Source: Stegostoma tigrinum (taxonomy: Eukaryota). From it: 64,000 bases of DNA. The notes beneath the pieces are model-generated. The model was given only the letters and a program-made list of their open reading frames with translations, did no database searches and was not told where the DNA came from. The position numbers and the translations under genes were made by a program. How positions within the stretch are numbered: position 1 is the first letter of the stretch; each line of letters opens with the position of its first letter. Positions 50,308-61,003 of the stretch are shown one piece after another. The stretch lies in assembly GCF_030684315.1 (NCBI RefSeq), contig NC_081371.1, positions 28,267,440 to 28,331,439 of the forward strand. Direction: 5' to 3'.

Positions 50308-50400
50308 GGTGATGAAACATCTGAAAACTAACCTTCCAGCTCAGCGAGCAAACTCACATCCAGAAGCTCAACCTGAGCTACAAATCTTCTCAAAACTCAC
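50308..50400 (+). mobile_element. Penelope-type 3' terminus starting in the 3' half of a hammerhead motif (inverted partial copy at 45645-45669)
   Basis: GGTGATGAAACATCTGAAAACTAACCTTCCAGCTCAGCGAGCAAAC aligns with the terminus at 1680-1724 (minus: GGTGACAAAACATCTGCAATC..GCTCGGCAAGCAAAC); TSD TATTTAATTGAAA at 45632-45644 and 50401-50413. Confidence 0.8.
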
Positions 50401-51569
50401 TATTTAATTGAAAATTATGTGGTGTCATAATATAATATGTTGGTACATAAAATATCCTGACAGGTAATAAAGAAAATTTATTCAATAAATACCACAAAGG
50501 GAATACTTCAAAGTCTGTTTAGTATTTAAAATTTTGAAGGAGTTTGTGCTATGATGTTTTGAATTGATCATTTTCAATGTGTCTGCAGAGTCGGTGGAAG
50601 AAAGATTGTGGTAGATGCTATGACAACAAGCAGGATAATTTTCTGAATCACCTGTCTCGCTTGATGAACAACATGTACCATTTGAAATGAACTTAATTCA
50701 GTGATGCTGCATAAAACACCAGATCAGTACTAAGAGGTTTCAGAAACTTATAAGTCAAAGCTCTCAATTTGCAGGTTGAAAATGAGGAACAGTTTATTAT
50801 CATTCAGAGAGCATTGTCAATATGCCATGTTCATTTGTGTCCACTAACGTATGTGGAAGTCTACTGAGAATGATACATTTCCACTTTCCAAATGTATATT
50901 GTAGAAATAAAAAAGTTATGTTAACATGTTAAAATTAAAATGAAATGAAAAATTTACAAACATTCACAGGTTAGTCTTAAGGGCATGTTATTGGAGGCAG
51001 TTGGAGCTACAAAACTCCAACTCAGGCTTCAGTTCTCCAGTTTTCTTTGTAGAACAGGCAGGCATCAGTGATACAGCAACGACATAATCACTCATTACCT
51101 TCTCTGGATTGTACACTTGCTTCCGGGTTACTTTTTGATCAAAGCCTCGAAGTGGAAATTACTTTTTTTTATTGTCTGTTTTCCTTTGCAAGACATCACA
51201 TTATCTTTGATGCCAAACTATTGCAAGATGCAGGAGCAAAACAGTGCCCTTTCTAATATCACAATGACTGAGGCAAATAGAATTGTTATCTTTCAATTTT
51301 TAACTTGAGAATTGAAATTCATCATTTTCAGTCTATAATTAAAATTTATCATCTGCATTATACCCATTTCCTTTTGCGTTACTGTCCCAAAATAAACATA
51401 ACTTTATATATTTTTAACAAAATCTTCCTCCAATATACTTGTTAATTTCAAGCCAAACAGTATCTCTGAAGAAAGAAAACAAAATAATGTCTCAGGCCAA
51501 CGATCATAACTGGAAGAAGTTACTGATGTAATAGGTTATAAGCAATTACTGTATCAGGAAGTGGGATGG

Positions 51570-52030
51570 TGGTTCACTAGTATAATCCCTACTATGAAGA
51601 GATTGTCTTATGACCAAAGGCTAAACAGTTTGTGACTCTACTCACTGGAGTTCAGAAGAATGGGAGGTGATCTCATTGAAGCATATAGACTTCTTAAGGG
51701 GCTTGACAGGGTAAACGCTGACAGAATATTTCCCTTCATACGGGAGTCTAGGACCACATGGCATAATCTCAGAATAAAGGGGTGCCAATTTACGAATGAT
51801 TTGAGGAGGAATTTCTTCTTTCAGGAGTTTGTGAGTCTTTGGAAATCCTTGTCGTATGTATATTTAAGGCTGAGATAGATAGACTATTGATCAGAAAGTT
51901 AATCAAGGATTACAGGGAAGGGACAGGAAAACGGGCATGAGGAATTTCAGATCAGCCATGATCCTATCGGATAGTGATGCAGGCTCTGAGGGGCTGAACA
52001 GCCTACTCCTGTTCCTATTTCTTATGGTCT
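51570..52030 (+). mobile_element. CR1 3' fragment
   Basis: MGGDLIEAYRLLKGLDRV..HNLRIKG..RRNFFFQ plus 3' UTR. Confidence 0.88.
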
Positions 52031-52507
52031 TGTGGTGGGAGGATAGAACAATAGGATGATTGTTCAAGGAGAAAGGATTTGCTACAAGAAAAAATAAAAA
52101 AACAGAATATAAGTTTTGGGGATGTGAAAATACAATAGTGGATTGTATCTGAAATAAAATGTGAACAGGTGTTCTGATCTGAAATGGGTGAAATAAATGT
52201 TGAATCTGGAAGGCTAAGTTCACCCATCAAAGGGTGAAGTACTGCTCCTTCAGCTTCCATTTGACCTTTATTTTAAGAGGCCAAAGACAGAAAGGTCAAA
52301 CTGAGTGGCGAATTAAAATACCAATTAATTGGAAACTTGAGGGTCTGCTTTCAAACAGTATCTCATTAAAGTTAAGCTAGAACCCATATGTATTCTCATA
52401 GCAATACCTTTTATTTCACGAAATTAATCAAGTCACAAGAGAAGTCATTCGACGTAAGAACAAATTCACCTAGGTGGTGAAGGGGTATTGGGGAAATGAT
52501 TGGACCA

Positions 52508-53297
52508 TTGCTTGCTATTCACCTTATCTTGGCCCTTCATGATTTTATAACTCTCTATAAGGTTACCTCTCAATCTCCTACATACCAGGGCAAAAAGTTC
52601 TAGCCTATCCAACCTCTCCTTATAACTCAAACTCTCCAGTCCCAGTAAGATTCTTGTAAATCTTTTCTGAGCCCTTTCCAAACTAATATTATCCTTCCTA
52701 ATGCAGGGCAACTAGAACTGTACACAGTACTCCAAAAGTGACCTCACCAATGTCATGCACAGGTGCAACATGGCATCCCAACACCTATACTCAATGCTGT
52801 GACCAATGAAGGCAAGAGTGCCAAATGCCTTCTTCACCATACTGTGTCCCTGTGACACCACTTTCAAGGAACTATATACCTGAACCTCTCGGTCTCTCTG
52901 CTCAACAACATTCCCCAGTGCGCTACCATTACCTGTGTAAGTCCTGCTCTGGTTTATCTTACCAAACTGCAATGCCTTGCATTTACCTAAAATTGAACTC
53001 CATCTGCCACTTCTCAGTCCATTGGCATGCTGATCAAGACAGAAGGCATAGGTTTAAGGTGAGAGGGTAAACTTTTTCACAATGAGGGCCATGCATATAA
53101 AGAATGAACTGCCAGAGAAAGTGGTAGATGCAGGTACAGTTACAACATTTAAATGAGATTTAGACAGGTACATCAATAATAAAGGTTTGAGGGATATGTG
53201 CCAAATGCAGACACATAGCAGTAGTATAATTTGGGAAACTTGGTTGGCATGGATGAGTTAGACCAAAGGAACTGTTTCTGTGTTGTATGACTCTATG
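52508..53297. mobile_element. CR1 insertion with inverted 5' part (minus about 52508-53035, plus about 53036-53297)
   Basis: Minus piece ends SYKIMKGQDKVNSK; plus piece begins at the next motif (HRFKVRG) and ends in a TATGACTCTATG tail. Confidence 0.8.
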
Positions 53298-54344
53298 GCA
53301 CTGTTTAACAAAGAAGTTGAAAGTTCTCAGGCTGTCCTGGTCGAGGCAACAGCTCAGAGGGATTGGATGTTTAGCGTGAAAAAGAGATGGTTAGGACATG
53401 AAAACTGCCCAAATGTAGATAGAAAAATATGTTTCAAGGCAGGAAGAAATCAATTAAAAACTGCAAGAACAGACTGAAACAAAATTGTGTACATAGCTAA
53501 GATGAGCTGATGGTACCTTATGACATATATTTACCTTTCCATTTTGTTAATCTGGTGAAAGCATTAGAAGCAGACTATATGGGTTGGTTTTACAGTTTTA
53601 GAGTCCATTGAAGGAGGATTTCCAAAAGAGGTGAACTCAATGAACATTTGCAATTTGATGCTTTGATGTTGGGTGAAACAAGTTTAAGATGGCGCCAAAG
53701 AGTTGTGATTCAGTTCCAGAAATTAGAGATCCATTTGTCAAACAGTAATACTGCTACCTTGGTCAGTAGTTTAATTGCCAATTTTAGGATTGAATCTGAG
53801 AAGATAGAGATCTAGAAGATCTGAGGTACAAATCTACTCAAGAGCCTTAAAGATCTGAGGTAAGTAGTTTCTTAATTGCCAGTAATATAATGCAGTTCAG
53901 GTGATTTGACTCAATGCCAAAGCAGCAATAGTAGGAAATGTCTGTTGGCATAATAGACAATGGAGCCAGACTAAATCTCTCCCAATAGTCCAATCTCTCT
54001 CAATAAAACAAAACTTGACAAGAGCCAAAAAATTTTGTTGAAGCTTTAATCTTGCACTAATCAAAACAAAATGCAAGAAGACCAGTGTAAAAGAAAAGCA
54101 GCACTTAGGCTGGTTGGGTATGGTCAGAATACAGCTTATGCTTGCAAAATTCAAAACACCGTGTTAAACATTAGTTGCAATACCAAATGAGGCATTTTCT
54201 AAATAATCCTAACAGTGCAAAGAAGTATGCTGCCAATCAGTTTAGAATTACCAGTCAACCTCACAATGTGGCATGCTTGTGTGCCCTGGAAGCTGGTTAT
54301 TATTAGTACACAAGGTTCTGTTTTTTGTAGACAGAAAGAACAAG

Positions 54345-54436
54345 TGCTCCTAAAATGCTGCTTGGCCTGCTGTGTTCATCCAGCTCCACACTTCATCATC
54401 TCGGATTCTCCAGCATCTGCACTTCTCATTATCTCT
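54345..54436 (+). mobile_element. Short Penelope-type tail lacking the ribozyme core
   Basis: ATGCTGCTTGGCCTGCTGTGTTCATCCAGC..GGATTCTCCAGCATCTGCA, homologous to 22428-22549. Confidence 0.8.
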
Positions 54437-55734
54437 AATATGCTAATACTCTGCCTGTTTCAATTCAACATAGTGGTTAACACCCATTCTCTGGTCCATT
54501 TCTCAAGACAAAGCCTTGACCAGAGTCAATTGCCTGATGTAAAACATAAACCAGGTTTGGCAGCTGGCTGTCTGTCATAACGTAACTGGTGCATTCTCCA
54601 TGGCAACACCTTGCCAACCAATCAGCGCTCTTTTCTCACATGGTAAAAATATCACTTTCCATTTACGTTGGTATTTCTTCCAAAGTGAATGCAAGATGAA
54701 AAACTGTGACAAAATCATCCTTTTTTCCTTCAATATCAATTGCCTGTGGATCGTATGCTATATAGGAAGAATAAGGGATCATCTTTCTCAAAATTAATTC
54801 AACAATAATATACTCAATATATTGTGGTTAAGATATCAATTGACAACATTTGTATTAAAAATATACATTTGATTTGCAAGTTTTATTCAAGTACATTTTG
54901 GTGAGAAAGGATTTCATTCTTGGTGTTCAATGCTACAATAGATTACAGAACAAAATTATGTAAAGCCATACTTTGAAATAAAAAAAGTCACAAAAATTAA
55001 AAGTATTTACTTTAGACTGAATACTGTGCAGAAGACATTTAAAATAAGATATGTTATTGTATACACTAAATAAATTTCCATCTGAAATGAGAGCAATTAA
55101 TTTTGTGCTAATTTATAGATAATGAGAGATATAGGAAGCACTCTTTGATTAATTGGAATAATATCAAAAGAATTCACGATTCCTATGGAGTAGTCATTCA
55201 AGTTTTGTTAAATATGTGAAACAGTTTGAGCCTCGATTAATTATCATGGGTGAGCAAAGAACAGAGAGAGATTCTTGGAGTAGTTTGTTAAAGGCAACAT
55301 AGCTATACTTAGCCACCCAATGTGAAAGCAAGGAATAGATCTATCTTGCTTGTATTATCTTATATATAAGACAAAAAAATCAAGTAATAATTCTTATGAC
55401 TTTGAGGAGAAATAAAAATTACTACATCAAGACAATATGAAACAGAAGCAATCCAGTTTCTTTTTTAAAAATTGCTAATGTATTGATGCTGTCCAAGAGT
55501 CTTTTTTTAAATCCATAATGTGATGCAGGTTTTGCTGGCTAATCTAGTAGGTATTGGCCATCCATTATTGCCTTCGCGAAAGTAGTGTCTTCTTGAACTG
55601 CTACAGATCTAGGGGGCATACCTACAGTGCTAATAGGAAGGGAGTTCCAGCTTTTGACTCAGCAACAGTGAGGGATGGTGAAAACAAACCAGACTGGGTA
55701 AGCACTTAGCAGAACACCTCTGCCTTAGCTGTTG

Positions 55735-56400
55735 GAATGATGTCGACTTTCCAGTTGCTTTCCAGTTCAATGAACCACGTTCTCATGCTAGCTTTTCCTT
55801 TTTGGCCTCCTATAACATTCAAATGAGGTTCAACACAAGTTGGAGGAACAACACCTCATTTTCCACTTAGACACTTCACAGCATCTAGGACTCAATACTG
55901 AGGTTCAAAACTTCAGAGTCTAAGCTCTATACTTTTCTTACATACACCTTCCTGCCAAACTGTGTCTTGTTGTTCTGAAGAAGGTTACTGGACTTGAAAC
56001 ATTAATTCTGTTTTCAATTCGCAGAGGCTGTCACCTGCTGAGTTTCTCCAGCAATTTCTGTTTTCTTTGATTCAGATGTTCAGTATCTGCAGTTCTTTTA
56101 TCTAACTGGTTTGTTTCTTGTTGGCTTTATTCTCAGCAGAGTGGACCCAGTTTCTCCTTTTCATGCTAGCATTTACATGGATTTTAGACATCTATATCTT
56201 CTTTACCACCATCATCACTGCTGTCTTATGCTCTGGATACTGTTACTTTCTGTTCCATCAGCTCCTTCTCTCCCTCTGTCTACAGCATGAAAAAATAGCT
56301 CCTTCTGTCCTGAAGAAGTCAGATTCGACTCAAAACATTATGTCTTTTCACAGATGCTGCCAGACCTGCTGAATTTCTCTGGCTCTTTCTTTTATTTTAG
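55735..56400 (+). mobile_element. Old Penelope-like 3' fragment with two tandem terminal units
   Basis: KLEEQHLIFHL..LGLN remnant at about 55835-55900; CTGAAGA-headed tails at 55975 and 56310. Confidence 0.7.
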
Positions 56401-57704
56401 AGTGAATACGTTTTGTAAATGAATGGACTTTTGTTTATTTGAGATTCTTTGCAATCCAGCATGGTAAATAATGGCCCCTCAAGAGTTTGTTACAGAGCCC
56501 TGGAAGTTATTTTTCCCTGAATTAAAGGGAAACACACATAACTGAGAGGCTTTTAGTTTCAGTTTTAACTCCTGGTAGTGTTAATCCTGTGAAGCCTGTA
56601 GAATGAGATTGCTGTACAGAGAAGTGCTCCTGATAAAGGAATGATAGATTTAGTGAATTACATTACTTTGGAATGAAATGTTAGTTCAGAGATTGTTGGG
56701 ATAAAACCCTGAAAAAATTATTTAAATCTGAGTTCATTGAAGAATAATTATCTATTTGCAGTTCCAGCTGAGGTCACTATTGGCTTAAATCTACCTAGGT
56801 ATTAGGTACAGGTGGTCAGTATTATGCTACAATGGAGTCTAAAATTCCAAATCCTAATTTAACAATCTGAAATTCCTCTGTGGACATGGTTGATTGGTTC
56901 GCCAGTAGTTCACGATTCATAGATTGTATCTTCTCTTTAAGACTCCTTCAAAGATCTTCAGAGTAAACTTGCTGCAATTTAATTTCTGCTTTGCTGTTTT
57001 GTTCAAAGGAATTTCATTACGTGCAGTGAGCACAAATGCAGATTTTGTATGCTTTTTTAGGTCAGCGGTGTCACCTTCATGGCTGAGTTAGTGTCCTTGG
57101 GTGTACATCAGCAAGTAATGTAAAAAGCTGTAGTGATGTCTTAACTAACTTCTGTTTCATCCATGTATGGTTAAGAAGGTTCAGCACTGTGGAAATAACA
57201 CGGCCAAGTCCTGGAACTAATACATCACATTATGTTGATATGATGAGTGACAGCAGGTGAAGATAAAAGACCACTTAAAGGTATGTTTACAACATTTTAC
57301 AACAGCTGAAATCTTAATTAGAGATGTAAAAATAAACTGGAGTTTCTAATTTAAGACCACCATCTCTGCAGCCAAAACAGCTTACAATACTCATGAAATC
57401 AGCAATCAAGTTTCTGTCTGTGAGTGATCACCAGAGTGTTTGTAAGAATTGTTTCATATTTGAGTCTGAATTGAGCTATGAACCCAACTGTGTATTTGTG
57501 CCATTAAAAAGACAGCCTATTTCTATCTCTTCCGTTGCATCTCTGAAAGGAGATACCCAACCCTGTCACATCCCACTCTGGACCAGATGATCATGTTGGA
57601 TGGCTCAGAATCAAAAAGCTTATCTTTGAACTTCTCCCCCAGCATTGACACTTGGAACTGAAATTAGACCAGACTTTCCAATGACATTTTGGAGTCAGAA
57701 TATT

Positions 57705-57770
57705 TCTCTGCCTCTGTCTCTCTTTCTCACGCTCTCTCTCTCAAACACACAGACACACATACACACACAA
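57705..57770 (+). repeat. Imperfect (TC)n(CA)n microsatellite
   Basis: Directly visible. Confidence 0.8.
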
Positions 57771-58231
57771 ATATCTTCTGATGATGAAGAACTCCTAGAA
57801 GCTTGCTTTGACTATCTCCCACTGGTGAATCAGATGATCTCCAACCTTTGGAATTCCTGTTCTTCAATGTTTTCATGAATCAACATTTAAGTTTGATTTC
57901 CATATTTCCCACCAACTTATTGGTCCTTTTGAGGCAATTGGCCAGTAGAAGGTAGTGATTAGAAAAGAATTGGTAGGCCTGATCACAAGCATTTGGGGTT
58001 CAAACTGAAACTCTTCCCTAGCATAGACAGAAAGCTTAACATCTCTGATTGCTTCTATCATGAGTTTGCATCTGGGGCCTAATTCATTATCAGCTCTGCT
58101 GAATTATCTTTCTACATCATTCATACAAATGTCCTTCAGTATATGGTGTTCTACAATGACATCCCGCATTACAACAATGATGATGCTCTCAAAAATATTT
58201 TGTTTTGGGATTTCCTCAGGCTGTGAAAGTT

Positions 58232-58592
58232 AGACCATAAGACCATAAGACATAGGAGTGTAAGTAAGGCCATTCGGCCCACCATGTCCACTCTGCCATT
58301 TAAATCATGGCTGACGGGCATTTCAACTCCACTTCCCTGCACTCCTCCCGTAGCCCTTGATTCCTTCTGAGATCAGGAATTTGTCGATCTCTGCCTTGAA
58401 GGCATGCAACGTCCCGGCCTCCACTGCACTCTGCGGCAATGAATTCCACAAGCCCACCATTCTCTGGCTGAAGAAATGTCATCTCATTTCAGTTTTAAAT
58501 TTACCCCCTCTAATTTTAAGGCTGTGCCCACGGGTTCTAGTCTCCCCGCCTAATGGAAACAACTTCCTAGCGTCCACCCCTTCTAAACCATA
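58232..58592 (-). mobile_element. Young CR1 3' end
   Basis: ACCATAAGACCATAAGACATAGG tail; reverse complement encodes TRGHSLKIRGG..MRxHFFSQRMVGLWNSLPQ. Confidence 0.9.
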
Positions 58593-59199
58593 TATATATA
58601 CTATAAATATATGTATATAAAAGTGTGTCTTTCATATCTTTTGAGCATTTGGAGGCAGTCCCTCTTTAGAACTGAGAGCATACTTTGATCAGTCACCGTG
58701 GGTGGGGGGGGGGGGCGGGGGGATCATCAGGACATCTGTTCCTCAAGAAAGTAAGTCTGACCACTTCCTTTACTCTGTGGATGAAATTACCACCCTGCAG
58801 CATGACACCAGACTAAAGAATCAATAATAATGATGGGAATTGATCAAGGCAACTAATCCCAGCCCGGAGCAAGAAGAATTGAAATACGCTCCCTCCTCCC
58901 AGTGTAATAAAGCTGAACAAGCTTGGTCTAGAACATCATAACTCAGACCTTCTGGTCTTTGGATACATGAAGAGCAGATTGGCTCTGAAAGATGTGTGTT
59001 GGCTTCTCTAAGCAGTCATTCACTGATTATGTCGTAATTGTCTGGGAGGTTTAAACTCCTGATGTACATTTATCAGCATATTTACCCTCTGCAAATTTGA
59101 GTTAAAGTCAGAGACATCCAGCTACCATTACCTAACAGCTCGCCAGAAAAAAATAATGCTACAGAACGCCCAATTACTTATATTAACTAATCCCCAAAA

Positions 59200-59550
59200 C
59201 CTGCACCACCATCAATGGTTCAATACTCAACTCCTCCTTCTGACATCTGAACACACTCCACCCTAGCCCCAAAAACTTGATGCCACCTAACACTCAGCAT
59301 CCCCCTGATCCAGCCCCCACCCAATCCCTGACTCATCCTACGATCCATCCACTTATCTGTTACCTGTACCCACTGAGCCACATTATCCTAACTCCTCACT
59401 GCACTGATCTGCCAACCTACCTCTTACCCATTTACCTACCCCTTTATTTTCTCATCCAACTCCTATCCAACCCTTCCTTAGCTATCACCCAAACCTAATC
59501 ACCTGATCTGCCAATCTCACCTAGCTGTCTCCCTATCCCCTCACCCAGAA
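59200..59550 (+). repeat. C/pyrimidine-rich low-complexity tract
   Basis: Strong C skew with recurring CCTACC/CATCC words. Confidence 0.6.
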
Positions 59551-60685
59551 AGAAAGGTTTTGTCATTTTCTTAGGCTGTTGAGTAGGGCATAAAGAGTCA
59601 ATATTCCAGTCCTGCTTCAATATTATTCATTCTGTTCTGGAACAGTGAACACATAAGATGTAACCCCGGTTTTAATTTTCTTACAAATTATTTTGAATGT
59701 TTCATCTTTTCAGTATCAAGGATTATTGGTAAAATAAGTAGGCAAACAATTTTAACAATATTTGATGGCATATCAAAATCAAGCAATAACTGTGTGGCCA
59801 ATGTCCCCATTCTGACTTCTAAAGCACAATGTGTTGATCAAATATGCTGCCAGTTCCATACATAACTTTTGGTGGTTTTGTGCTGGATGAGATGATGGAT
59901 TCAGATGGGCGTAATAGATCCAAGGCATGTGTTTTCTTTAAGAGTATGTTTTAGTTGCACACATTGCAAGAAGTTGCAGATTATGAAGGACTAAATAGAA
60001 CCTGTCTACTCAGGTGACTGAAAACACCTCAAATAATTGGTAATTGTGTAAATAATAAAAAAAGAGGTGAAGTGTCATTACCATTGGCTACAGTCCGTCT
60101 TCCTGCCTTTTCATTACTTACCAGCCAGAATCAAGGTCCATGCATGAATCAGGGTGCCAATTTTCAGAGTCAAGTATTCCTGCAAGTTTGGTTATAAATG
60201 CTCACGCCTAAAAGTAGAATCAAAATCTTCTGTGGAATATTACAGCTGCTAAGGAACAAATGTTAGAGGAACACATTAAAGTAAAAGTCTTTGTAAAGTT
60301 TCAGTAATGTCTGCTGAACCCACTATAGAGCTGGGAAAATTTTCACCTATGTAATCTCAAAGAGGAGTTTGGCTTGATCCCAGCCGATGTTGTTACTGGA
60401 CAAGTCAGATATGAGACAGGAACCTGGCTTGATAAGCCATATTATGAACTGTTTTGCTTTTCCCAAAGTGGTCTCTCACTGAAACAGAAACACACAATGC
60501 TGCAGATTTTGTTTGAACAAAAACAGAAATTTATTGTCGAAAGAAATGAAGATAAAATAAACAGAAATCTACTTATAGGACAACGCAAAGGATTTTTAAA
60601 CAAATAGTAAAACTATAATCCTATTTATCCTAAAACAGTCCTTTATAAATCAAAAAGAAACAGAACAGCTTTGAATCAACAGCTT

Positions 60686-61003
60686 GGGGTGGCACGGTGG
60701 CTCAGTGGTTAGCACTGCAGCCTCACAGCACCAGGGACTCAGGTTCAATTCCAGCCTCGGGCAACTGTCTCTGAGGAATTTGCACATTCTCCCAGTGTCT
60801 GCGTGGGTTTCCTCTGGGTGCTCTGGTTTCCTCCCACAGTCCAAAGATGTGCAGGCTAGGTGGATTGGCCATGCTAAATTGCCCATAGTGTTCAGGGGTC
60901 TGTGGGTTATAGGGGGATGGGTCTGGGTGGGATGCTTCAAGAGGCAGTGTGGACTTGTTGGGCTAAAGGGCCTGTTTCCACACTGTAGGGAATTTAATCT
61001 AAT
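60686..61003 (+). mobile_element. HE1-type tRNA-derived SINE, near full length
   Basis: GGTGGCACGGTGGCTCAGTGGTTAGCACTGC (A box), GGTTCAATTCC (B box), V-SINE core, AATCTAATC tail. Confidence 0.9.

Noticed and set aside
45728-50320. Many overlapping antisense and alternate-frame ORFs
   Set aside because: Expected by-product of GC-rich Tx1 coding sequence
45645-50400. DNA transposon with long terminal inverted repeats, or simple twin priming
   Set aside because: The arms are LINE 3' ends with poly(A) tails and there is no transposase; twin priming does not duplicate the 3' end
53686-53696. Perfect YY1-like AAGATGGCGCC
   Set aside because: Isolated motif with no CpG-rich or exon context
54590-54630. 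X-box-like CTCCATGGCAAC plus CCAAT
   Set aside because: Appears to lie within a probable repeat terminus (about 54440-54740) and no gene is nearby; cannot be supported as regulatory
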